Assembly (NCBI GenBank): GCA_043228905.1
Contig: JBHGNT010000006.1
Span: 1,922,001 to 1,986,000 of the forward strand
From: Azolla caroliniana
Lineage: Eukaryota > Plantae > Polypodiophyta
Length of the DNA: 64,000 nucleotides
Direction: 5' to 3'
Part shown: piece by piece, positions 27,301-38,500 of the stretch
Layout of the letters: every line of letters starts with the position of its first letter
How positions within the stretch are numbered: the first letter of the stretch is position 1
Notes under the pieces: model-generated
What the model saw: the letters and a program-made list of their open reading frames with translations, nothing else
The model's database searches: none
What the model was told of the DNA's origin: nothing
Made by a program: the position numbers and the translations under genes

Positions 27301-27839
27301 AGACGAATAGAGGTTGGCGTTTAACAAAGGATAGGCTAGCTAGAGCTTGGGGAGAACTTTGCAATGTTTGAATAGATTAGTCTTCGCACATGTAAATTAT
27401 TTTTTTCTAATATTGGGGATGGATATCATGCGCAGGCGCACACTCGGTTGGGACGACTGCATGCAAGTTTGTGAATACAAGGCTATCAAACTACCAAGGA
27501 ACAAGGAGAGCAGATCCCTCCATGAAAGTAGCATTGTTGAAAAGGTTGAAGGAGGAATGCAATAACAATAGTACCAATCGAGTACCATTTGATGTCCATG
27601 GCACATCACAACCTTTGGGCTCTACCTATTTTAGTGGACTTCTAGCCGGTGATGGGGTATTATTGCTAGAGGCACAATTAGTGCACCACTCTAACATACA
27701 ACCTACTCTTCATCATTGGGCACATAATGACTTTGTGTTTCAAACTTATTTCCAACACTCCTTCAAAAAGTTAGGCCTACTCAATGTTCTCACTCACACA
27801 GGCCAAATTGCTCGCACCCAATGTGGCTACATCAACTAG
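24379..27839 (+). CDS. Class III secretory peroxidase (atypical active-site residues), 4 exons
   Basis: Exons 24379-24591, 24963-25154, 25561-25738 and 27436-27839 follow the classic 3-intron pattern. Signal peptide, FY..TCP.AE, RLLLHDCFV-GCDASILL, CPRTVSCADLIAIASRDAV, LGRHDG, GAHSVG...C. Confidence 0.9.
25351..25526. repeat. ~38-bp minisatellite x4.5 in peroxidase intron 2
   Basis: AGTGTTGTAAGCTAAATAGGGGTCATGGTATGTAACCT units. Confidence 0.9.
26208..26322. repeat. ~59-bp direct repeat x2 in peroxidase intron 3
   Basis: CTACATAAGCCT..GGCCCTAACCTAACATCTAGTTAATGTCAACTTTATAGTTCTTT occurs twice. Confidence 0.9.
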
Positions 27840-28719
27840 CAAAAGTTCATCAACTACCTATAGCTACGCAAGCACATTAGTTGCGCTTTGAAGTCAATCT
27901 TGTACGTGCAAGATCTCATACCATAAATACACTACCTACTTATAGCTAGTGTGGTTATATCAACTAATAAATTGTACAACATTGCAAGAACTCATATCAT
28001 AAAATTCACTACCTACTTGCACCCAGAATAGACATATTAAGTAATAAGCTATGTCAGCTTTGAGAGCTATATGTACTCAAAAGGAATCTTAACTTTTATA
28101 TGCAAATTGTAGTTATTGACTTACTCAATGCACTTCTAGAGACACAAGTGAAAGGTAAGGTTGCAGATAAATTAGCAACATTTTAGGGTAAAGCATGACA
28201 TCAAGGTTTTAGAGCACTTTGTGTTGGCTATGGTAATATCTTTTTAAGGTGTGTCAAGACTCGGCACCACATGTGACTTGACCATTTGGGGGAATATAAC
28301 GCGTTCTGACAGTTTTTTGGGGTGGTTTGTATTGCCTACAAACATGAATTTTTAATGAGAAGTAAGGCTTCTAAGTTCTCTTACTTTCGCAATTTCAAAT
28401 CGTTGTAAGCATGATAATGCTTTTATAAATTATCCCTAAGTAAGGTCTTTGGAGGGCCTTTCTCCATTTTGTTAGGTATTGACTCTATGACAACCTTGTC
28501 TTGGGTAAGTTTAATTAAATGGAAGAAAAGAAAAATAAATTACCAAAGCTAATTATGTGGTTTTCGCAAATACCAAGAATGCCCCTCTTGATCAAAATCA
28601 GTACAAAAGGGCATAAATGTTTCAACCGTCTCTTGTTTTTTCCCTCTTACACACATGCTGAAGGGTTCCTTACACATAAATTCATGCGACAACAAGCCAA
28701 TATGTAGTGGCTAACCACA

Positions 28720-28950
28720 CCTGGTTTAGGGTTTAGTTTGCCATTCCCCAACAAATTGGTGGTCAATTCAGGTGTCGGCATTTCTCTTGGGTTTGATGGG
28801 TTGATGCTAACTCGGGGGTATCTTGGGAAATAACAGAAACATAAGGGCATCTCGGAAAATAACAGAAACGTAAGGGCATATCGGGAATTCAGGTAAAACA
28901 CAACAATGTTGGCCTCGACGCGAAACCCTAATTCCTCAACCCTATAAATA
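28720..28950 (+). promoter_or_regulatory. Pol II promoter of the snoRNA cluster: telo-boxes, TEF-box-like repeats, TATA
   Basis: TTAGGGTTT at ~28726, AAACCCTAA 28923-28931, TATAAATA 28943-28950, and repeated GGGGTA/AAGGGCA-N5-GG(G/A)AA motifs at 28813-28888. This combination is known from plant ribosome-biogenesis and snoRNA promoters. Confidence 0.65.
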
Positions 28951-29010
28951 TGACTTAAACCTTCCTTGTAGACAGACAGGTCAAAATAACAGAGTTACAG
29001 AGAAGAAGGA

Positions 29011-29100
29011 GAAGCCTGATGATGTTTTTTTGTTCTTATACATATCTTTGAGATCTGAGTTCTTCTGCGGATAACATAAGCATGGATCTCTGAGGGCTTC
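29011..29100 (+). ncRNA. Box C/D snoRNA, snoR66-like, copy 1 (predicted 18S Cm38 guide)
   Basis: Terminal stem GAAGCC/GGCTTC, box C TGATGA 29017-29022, D' CTGA 29055-29058, box D CTGA 29090-29093. ATCTTTGAGA (29044-29053) is complementary to 18S UCUCAAAGAU, and the D'+5 rule lands on C38. Confidence 0.85.
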
Positions 29101-29127
29101 TTGCTTCGTCCTCTCTTCTTCTTCTAC

Positions 29128-29360
29128 CGGCGGAAAACCTGAATCTTCGATCGTGTGTCTCTATATCTCCCCGTGTTACACTGAAGTTTTCCAAGCCAGA
29201 AGATTCCCCTCTGTGATTTTGCGTAATTGATATGATCTTTTTTTATTTTTGAGGTAGTTGAGATGATTTCTTGCCAGAATTGATTAGGTTTCTGACAACT
29301 TGTTTGCCACATCTCCCAAGATTCTTCTCATTTTCGTGGAGACATCGGGTGGAAACAGAA
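29128..29360 (+). ncRNA. Candidate long H/ACA-like RNA with internal C/D-like cassettes
   Basis: Hairpin GGC-GGAAAAC...GTTTTCC-AA-GCC, then H box AGAAGA 29198-29203. Two internal stems CCTC/GAGG and AGTTG/CAACT, the latter enclosing AGATGA...CTGA. A 3' hairpin CCAC-A-TCTCC...GGAGA-CATCGG-GTGG, then ACA 29355-29357. It lies between two snoRNAs. Confidence 0.5.
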
Positions 29361-29378
29361 AGATGATGGATGGATTGA

Positions 29379-29463
29379 GGAGTTCGATGATGTTTTATTC
29401 ATAATTATCTTTGAGATCTGAACCACTGTGTGGAAAATATAAGCATGGATATCTGAGAGCTCC
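29379..29463 (+). ncRNA. Box C/D snoRNA, snoR66-like, copy 2 (predicted 18S Cm38 guide)
   Basis: Terminal stem GGAGTTC/GAGCTCC, box C (C)GATGA 29385-29390, identical guide ATCTTTGAGA 29407-29416, D' CTGA 29418-29421, D CTGA 29453-29456. Confidence 0.85.
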
Positions 29464-30129
29464 ATATCCATAATATTTCGTATATGTCTGTCGCTGTGTG
29501 TCTGTGAACCAACTTAAACCTAATCTTAGAAATGGAAATTATAGCCATTGGTTATCCCTGTAGATAGGGAATGCTGCCCCTCATTTGAGTTTTGAGGAGC
29601 GTATACGCTGCAAACAAGACTCATTTCAAATGTCGCGTGTTTGATGCTTTTAATCCTTTACTGCCAGATATAGAATTGAGGTTGAAACTAGTACATAAGA
29701 AATACTTTCAACGAAATGCTAAAACGTTTATGAGGAACGATGAAGTAATTTTGCATGAAAATTTGATATATACTCAACCTGGGCTCTAATTACCCTAAAT
29801 CAAGCACATTTACCTAGCTAAATCATTATCCTCGGGGCCATTGACACTGACGTATTATTACTTTGTTCCGCTAATTCACAAGACGCAACCAGTAGCGTAG
29901 TAATAATACATCCTCAGATCAAGCGGAATGAAGTGTACTAACATTTAACATCTCGACCCACAGTGCTATTACACAATTTAACTAAAAGAACTACGAATGT
30001 TTCTACCCACAGCCATGTGTAGCTCAGTGCTTTGGGAAACAGAAAGGGTTTTGTTTATCGTTGTAGGTCGATGACTATTGGTGTCTTGAGCACGCAAATA
30101 TGCATTGGATTTATTTGGATTCACAGGAA

Positions 30130-31300
30130 AGACGATGGAGTGTGCAGGTGTATAGAGTTTGGTTGAACTAGGTACTTCATTGATATTCAGTCAGCCATGA
30201 ATTGGTAGGCTCGGCTACCAGATTACATTGGCAACTTCCCGGATGATATCCAAAATCATGGACAGGGAGATGATTAAAAAAGCCATCATGCTGAAGCTCA
30301 AGGTGAACAGGTCATAGCTGAAATTATCGATGCGCAACTAGTTACTACCCCATCAAAGGGGATAACAATGGAATGGGAAACACAGACATAGGAAGCGGTC
30401 CGTAAAGTGGCCATGGAATGTGTGGAAAAGGCCAATCATCGGAACATTGATAATATGAAGCAAGAAGGGGCCAAGCAAACATCGACGCTCTAGTCGAACG
30501 AGGAAATCGACACAGTAGAAGGGGACCCAACATGGTAGGCACTAACACAATTCCAAATTATGTTGCCGCTAGGACGATTATTGCATTAGTTCCCCGATTC
30601 ATCGAAGGCTTAAAAATAGTATTGGCGCCCAAGTGAAGGACCGATTGTTGTCGATGAGAACAATCCGGCAATAACAGTAATTGTCAAGGGGAAAGAGGTA
30701 CCCGACACAATCATCGACGGTAGATTTGGAGTGGATGTGATTAGCACAAGAACGTGTGACAGATTGGGGATCTAGGAATGGGAACCGTGCCCATTTTGGT
30801 TACGGATGGCTAACACTAGCTCAATTTGGCCGACAAGGCTCATCCGGAACTTGGAGATCACCATCGGAGGCCATGCATTCCAGATATCAGCAGTGGTCTT
30901 GCAATTGAGCGCCCCAAATGCGTATCCCTTGCTGCTAGGTAGACCTTGGTTGAAGATGACACACATAAAGCAAAACTGGCAGAAGAATGTTCTGAATTTT
31001 CGGTATGGGAAAACTAAGGTCCGGGTAGGCACAAGCAATTAGCTGACGCCCTTGTATGTAGAAGCAATAAATATGCTAGACAGATTAGGTGATGAGATGG
31101 ACCTTTATTTAGCAGAGAATCCAAAGATAATCCCGTTGTTCGATGTAGACTTAGCGGAGACAGCCACCCCGTTGTAGTGGCTTGGCTCGCTCAAAAGTGT
31201 AGCGTTGCACAGACAAAAGATAACGTGAAAGTGAGAAGGAATCACTGAAATTATGGACGGAAGAGATGAAAGAGTAGGTATGGAGTGAATAGAGATCAAC
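30130..31300 (+). mobile_element. Degenerate Ty3/gypsy gag-protease remnant
   Basis: ~30655-31040 reads NPAITVIVKGKEVPDTIIDG..VDVIS...LGI*EWEPCPFWLRMAN...YPLLLGRPWL, a retropepsin with stops. Left boundary approximate. Confidence 0.7.
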
Positions 31301-31306
31301 ATGATA

Positions 31307-34300
31307 TGACAAGATTTTGAAGGAATATAAGAAATTTATTATTATTTGATGAAAGAGTTACAAATGGTTGCAAAGCATTGAACCTTTGTACTTTGTCTCT
31401 CAAGGTAACAACTCTTCTCTTTCTTGAATTTATAATTATTTGATTAAAGAGTTACAAATGGTTGCGAACGTCGTTGAACCTTTGTACTTTGTCTTTCAGG
31501 GTAAGAACTCTTCTCTTTCTTGATAGTTCACAACAATCGCCCCTTCTATCGTTCGATAAAAGCAAGACTCAAACCTCCTCCCTTTTGTTGAGAGTTAAGC
31601 ACCACAACCGCCAAGTTAGAGCTTCGCTTGTATGTTGACCTTCTTCCCCTCTTTCTCTATTGTGGTATCTCATACAATATAGTTCTTTGATTTCGATTCC
31701 TTGATATCCCTTCTATCTATACTCCCTTCTCCTTTTGTAGGAAAGGGATGGTTCTACATGTGGGCCATGTGGCGCACATGTAGAGAGTATGGTTTAGACT
31801 ATAAAAGGCTAGCTCAAATAAAACTTTTATATATGTTATAAGTATTGGCTAAATGCTAAGGTTTTGAGTTTTATGAGGTGGAGGTTGTTGGTTCAAGTCC
31901 TCTCTTGCCTATTTAATACAATATATATTTTTCTTTATTTGCCTCTATATATAATGTATAATATGATCATAGTGCTTTGTTCACATGATCCTTATGTATA
32001 ACACACTATTAAGATTCTTTTTAGTTATGTATTAATCTTATTGTAGACTTTTAATGTGAAGTTTTTCTACTTCACGACATCCACCCCCTCTAGACCTGCA
32101 CATCCTCTAGCATGTGCCTCTATATTTTATCTTCATGTTGATCTATTGGAAGATGTTCAAGCTCAAACATTTTCTTAAATACTTTTGGGTGAAAGCATGT
32201 GAATGGAAACACGATTATAACTAACATATAGTTAAAATGATTATAGCTAAATAGTTTTTTTTATAGCTAATTTTTAGTGGGAAAATCTTAAGTATACACA
32301 TAATTTATTATGGGGATGGAAATATTGGCATTTATGATGGTGCACATCTTAGCTAGTGTTTATTTGAGATCACATTCTAATAATCCCTAAAATTGCCAAA
32401 ATATGCAAATTACATGCAACTTTTTGCATAGCTAATTGGTTATGTTAAGGACACAACTAATTGTTCACATTCCCATGCTTTCACCCTTTTATCCTCTTTC
32501 CAACAACCACGTTTAGGATTAGTGTTCCATCCAATTCATTAACTTAAAGCTTATAGGTAAAGTTATCATATACTTTTTTATTATGTTAGGCCCAAACCAT
32601 CTTTCAACAAACTTGCAAACAATGCTATGTTGATTATCTAAACTACTATCATACACAAGCACCCAATCCCCTTCTATTTTCTTAGGTCGAATTCTATGAG
32701 TTTTATTAAAACGAATTTTAATCTTCAATCGCATCTCCTTTAATTGTTGGGCTGCTAATTCTACATCTTCAGGTCGACACTCTAATTGTTGAATTCGCAA
32801 ATCAAGCAATTCTTCCATGCTCACCTCTTCTCTCTATAGAATAGATGTCCATGACATAATTGATTCTTCTACCGACATGATGGGCTTTTGGCCAAGTATC
32901 AATTCGGCTTACATGTATCCTATTACCAAACTATGCGTTGTCCGATCCGCACATAGTGCATAAGGTAGCATGCATGGCCAATCTCTTATTTTTACCTTTA
33001 CAACTTTTCACGATTGCCTTAACTATTGGGCGATGTCCTCTTTCGATCTTTCCATTGGCTTTTGGATTATAAGCAGTTGTAAGTGATAACTTGACCCCTA
33101 TCCGACTGAAGAGTTGTCTAGCTTCATCAGAATTAAGTTCACCTCTATCTGCAATTATTTTACCAACACACCCATAATGACAAATTACATCTTTTAACAA
33201 AAATTTACATACAACTCTAGTTGTTTTTTGTCGTAGTGGTCTTCCTTCTACTTGGTTTGTAAGGTCTTCTCTTGCTAGTACTAAATCTCGCATTTGACCT
33301 TCCCCAAGTGGCACTGTCACTAGATTGACCATCCATTTATAATGCATTGATGCTGAATATGTTGGTTTTAGCTCATCTCGATACTGAATAGTTGAATACC
33401 TCTGGCAGACCTCACAGGTTTCCACAAATTTCATTATATCTTTATAGATATGTGGCCACCAATACTTTTCTTTTAACTTCATGAATGTCACCTATATGCC
33501 TCTATGTCCTGCGCACAAACTATCATGGAATTCAATAATTAATTTTCTCTTAATATCATCCTTACAAATGACTCAAAGAGGATTTTCGGTTGGCCTTTTT
33601 GGATGCCTCCATAAATGTCCTTCATGTAAAAAAAACTTGAATGCCCTTCTTTGAAATTCATTTAATTGTTTCTTCGATCATGATAGGTTGGCTTCTTGAG
33701 TCTTTAAAAAGTTTCCTAGTTCTAACCATTGACCTTCATACTCCGTGTCTTTGAACATTATGTTTACATTAAACTTATCATGAGGCTCAATAGATACTCG
33801 ATGAGCAACTTGATGGCTTATAGTTGCCCAATTATTATCTTCAGTTTGCATTACCTTTTCATTTATGAACCTTGCTCTTGCATTACCTTTTCAGTTTGCA
33901 ATTGGGTTTTCTTTGTCCTTTAGATGCCGTAATTATGGGTTCATGGTTCTGATGTACACAATCCACCAAAGCATTGCAATATCTGGTGTCGTGTAGCTTG
34001 TTATCATTCCAATGAGTGGCAAACAATTTGTTTCAACCACTACATCAACTCCAATCAAGTAATCTCTATTTGTTTTTAATGCAGTACGAAACCCCACAAT
34101 TCACGTTTAACTTGTGCATCATTTCTTTGTCTTTCATTCAATATCTTTGCTCCAAACCTGATAGCATATCAATATTGCTCTTCATCTTCTTGGTTTATAA
34201 CCCAACCAATCCCAATCGGGCTAGTATCAACTATCACTATAATTGGTCTTTCACCTTTGTAACTTGGTTGACAAAGAATTGGAGCTTTCAATAATGCTTC

Positions 34301-34813
34301 TTTCAATTGTTGAACAACTTGTGTATGTTCATTAGTCCAAATAAACTTCTTCCCTTTTCTTAAAAGTTGGTAGAGAGGATATGAGACATGTGTAAAGTGT
34401 GGTAACCAAATATGATAAAACACACATGCACCTAAAAATCTTCTCACCTCTGTTGCTGATTTACAATCCTCCGTCATATTTTTTATTGTATTAATTTTGA
34501 TCGGTGAAGGGTTCATTCCATACCACCCACACATATGACCAACTATCAAAACTTCGTTGTGCCCAAAGCTTGACTTTGTTCGTGACAGTGTCAAATGTAC
34601 TTGCTCAAGCTTATTTACAATCTTTTCACAATCATTAATGTGATCCATCATAAACTTTCTGCAACCATTTCCAACCATAATCTCATCTTTCTCTCTTTCT
34701 AAGCATACCTTAATAAGAATATCATATAAAAATGGCATAGTTACCTTTGGGATGTACTCATGTGGAACTTTGTTCATTGCATTCATCATATGAGCAAACT
34801 GAGTTTGTTGCAC
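31307..34813 (-). mobile_element. 5'-truncated Ty3/gypsy element: RT-RNaseH-integrase remnants, PPT and 3' LTR
   Basis: Minus ORFs 34169-34813 (RT end/connection EVRRFLG, VDTSPIGIGWV), 32931-33491 (integrase YWWP, CEVCQ, IIADRGE, ANGKIER) and 32519-32824 (GDWVLVYD...WFGP). PPT AGAGGGGGTGGA at 32080-32091 is followed by TG; candidate LTR 31307-32079. Confidence 0.85.
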
Positions 34814-35384
34814 AAATCAAGTGAAACTATTGTGTACCTGCGTGTGAAACAAGTGTGAATTGTCTCTTTGGCCCATTTAATGAGGAAATTCAACAACCTA
34901 GATCTATCAAAGCATAGATGGTAAGAATGTTCTAGATCTATTAAGAATAGTCTAATGAAATAATAATGGTCATGGGGACCTCTCTTCCGATGGAGGACAT
35001 CCGAAAATTGTTGTTGTCTTGTAGTATTTCATCATAGGTCTTGTTGGCTTGTCTCGTCTTACGATCTTTGACTCTAACGAGGCCTTGGAATGAAGCAAGC
35101 GAAGTCTCATAGGGTTGTGGAGCGCGAAATTTACGTAATGATGCATGCGATAACTTGCAAGTGTTCTGAGGGCAACAAGCATATGTGAGATGGATAATAT
35201 TGTATATGAGAGCATATTCCTTAGTAGCAGAAAACTCCAATTGGATCAGAGAGAGAGAGAGAGAGAGAGATTGCCATGTAATTTTGTACTCCTATGTGGC
35301 AAACATTGACACTAGAAAGGATAAGGCCACTTTGGGTCTCTCTCTCTCTCTCTCTCCGAGGTGGGCTAATCCCCTGTTCCCAGC

Positions 35385-35425
35385 AGAAGAAGAAGAAGAA
35401 GAAGAAGAAGAAGAAGAAGAAGAAG
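35385..35425. repeat. (GAA)n microsatellite in the rhomboid 5' region
   Basis: About 13 GAA units, with (GA)n and (CT)n tracts at 35249-35270 and 35337-35357. Confidence 0.9.
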
Positions 35426-35549
35426 GACAGAGGACAGACTAGAATAATATAATCCTCTGTTTCCAGAAGAAGGCTAAACTAAGTGGAAATTAGAGGAAGA
35501 AAGCTCGGGCTTTTAGAACCGCGCGTAGTCCTCTGTTGTAGTTTCGTCA

Positions 35550-38500
35550 TTGCCAGTGCCAATCGGGTCTTGCTTCGTTTCTACAGGTTTTGCACATTTG
35601 TTTTTCCTGAATCAAATGGTTGGGGCATCCTCTTCTACTTCTTCGTTGATGAGTCTGCAGCAGAGTAGAATCTTGACTCCATACTACGCATGTAAAGGTA
35701 CACCAACTTCTTCTAACTGCAATTTTAAGCTTCATTTTGTCTCCGTGAATAAGAAGAGGAAGAAGAAGGAAGGAAGCTTGTTTGGTAGCCATGGCGCAGT
35801 TTCTATCGCAAGGAAGAATAAGAATAATGTTGCATGGATCTTTCCATCGGAAGCTTCTTTCGTGAAGGATTTTAAAGAGAATGACAAGAGAAGGAATGTT
35901 ACAGTCTCTCCATGTAATTCTTTGAAGGCTTCTGTGGGAGAAACAGAGGTAAATGTATCGAAAAGTTCATCAGAAGATTTGATTAGGAAAGAGTTGAGTT
36001 CTTTGGATGCTTATTTTGACAAGCTTCAAGGGAAAGATCAAGTGAACAAAGAGGTTGTGAAAATGAATGTAACCAAATCTACTCTTGCCTTAAATGATGC
36101 TTCAACAGAAAATGCTTTGAGAAGTGAACTAAACTCCTTAGAACAATATTTGGATAAGCTTACTCAAGGTGTGTCCATTCTCTCCCTATCCTTATATATG
36201 TACGAACATGTATATGTATATACATACGTATATGTGTGCATTTGTATATGTATATGTATGTATCTATGTCAAGATTCATTTAGTCATTAGTGTTTTCCAT
36301 GTATGTGTGCATTTGTATCTTTATGTATCTATATCAAAATTCATTTAGTCATTTAGTGTCTCCCTAAACTAGATGGCATTTCAATTGTAACTTCGGGTTG
36401 CATTTAATGGCCAATTTTGGCCTGTAAGAGATGCGCCACATGTTTTTCGCTGTTAATGGAATCAAATTTTATGCTGATCTTTTATGGGAGGCATTATGAA
36501 CCTTGAAAGTCTTGTGACATGTTATGAACATTATGCACAAATCTCATTAGAGTGATTTACCCATGTCTACACCGTAAGACATTAACAATCAAATGTGAAC
36601 CTAGCATGTCACAGGTTAGGAGCACCCTACAAAAAACTCATTATAGTTGCATATAATAAAGAAATTAAGTGAGGACCTCTACCACCAGTAGCATTTAGAT
36701 GTCACCAGTCATCGTCCCATGTGCAAGAATCCATCTTAATCACTGATGCTGCTGTACTTTATACCAACCTTGATCATGAGAAGGTACACGGTATAGATGA
36801 TCAAGGTGTGGTTATGTGTGTCCATCTGTTTGGATGGAGTTGTGTTGGGAATGAACCTAGGCTTTCGTGGTGATTCAAAACTGGGCGAAATTCTAAAGGA
36901 TGATTCATTATTCCCTTAGCCTGTTTCCTATCTGTATGATTTGTTATACCTGTCATGTTTGCAATGTTTTACAGTGATCGACTGAGCATATGCTTGTTGG
37001 CATGTGTAACTTGTGTATCTATTGCAGCCACTTAGCAAATCCAGTCAGCGTCCCTGAGTTTGCATCTCAATTTTCAAATAGATTAGGGTTGAAGTTTTAG
37101 TGATTTTGTGAGACTGGAAATTGGGCAACTTGGTATGTACAATAGATTGAAGCTTGTAATGGTTACAGTTTAAACCACACGGATATTGCTGGATATAGTA
37201 TAGGGTATGGCATGTTCACATATCTAGCCAGCTGAGAACCTGTGCTCAAGAAATAGATTGTTGGGTGGATAGTAAGACTTTGTCTTCTAAATGTTTTCAT
37301 TAATTATGAGGTTAATTATTTCATGAAAAGATTGTAATTCTGATATTGTTCGTCTAAATACACATTGGTTTAAAAAAATTTATGCATACCCTTTCTTATT
37401 AACCTGGGTATATGCATTAGGATTATGATTGATTTATGATCAATTATAAAACTCTGGAAACCACCTTTCTTTCATTTTATGTTGGAGTATTTTTGGAATT
37501 TACCAAATTTTCTTCTATGGTGGTTGTATGCCCTCCATTTTACCAATTTTTCTTCTTTCACATTTTATGTTAGGTATATGCACCTCTAAATTGACTTATA
37601 TGCAATCGAATAACTTTGCTAGTTACCGGTATTTTTATCATTCTAGGGTCCAACTCTAAACAACCATCAATAGATTCTCAGCAACCATCAACAAATTCTA
37701 TGCAAGACTTGGAAACCGTAATCAAGGAGATGACACCAAGCATGCAAATATCTTCATTTCAAGAAGCATTGGGGCAAGATTCAGAGCTTGAACCAGATGA
37801 TTCAGTTGCCTCAGAATCCTATGTTGTGTGAGTGTTTTATTTAACCTTCACTTCATTTTGATATTTCCTTATGAGCTTTCTGAACATCCCTACTTGGGGG
37901 GCTTGATGAATCATGGAATTTATCACTGAGCCCATTTCTAATGTCTCTACAAAGGTACGCCATTGTTGCCATCAATATAGCTGTATATCTTTTCGGCCTT
38001 GCAAGTCCAGTTGATACTGTGGGAGTGGGAACTTCCACTTTGCCTGTGCTTTATGGGGCCAAAGTGAATGCACTTATTCTTGGGGGTGAATGGTGGAGGC
38101 TGATTACTCCTATGTTTCTTGTAAGTGTTTCATATCTTTCTTACTTTGGGTCACAACTAGTAACCTTAGTCTTTCTAATGAGAATCGCCATGTCAGTTAT
38201 AAAGCATGAACATGGAAAGCCTCTTGAATTGCATATCCTGTCTTGAATCCATTCTTATCTTACATATTGAGACTCGACTTAGAGCAGTAATGTTGTCTCA
38301 AAAGTAACATCCCACTATCACCATTTAATCTGAACATGGAAAACCTCTTGAATTGCAGATCCATTCTTGAATCCATTCTTATCTTACATATTGAGACTTG
38401 ACTTAGAGCAGTAATGTCGTATCAAAATTAACATCCCTATCACAATTAAATCTGACTCAAGGTATAAACAATCAATGATAATTTAGGTGAGGGTAATGAT

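Noticed and set aside
29545-29570. GTTATCCCTGT, complementary to 25S ACAGGGAUAAC (snR38-type guide)
   Set aside because: No CTGA box follows, no box C or terminal stem, and it self-pairs with ATAGGGA. An 11-mer match can arise by chance.
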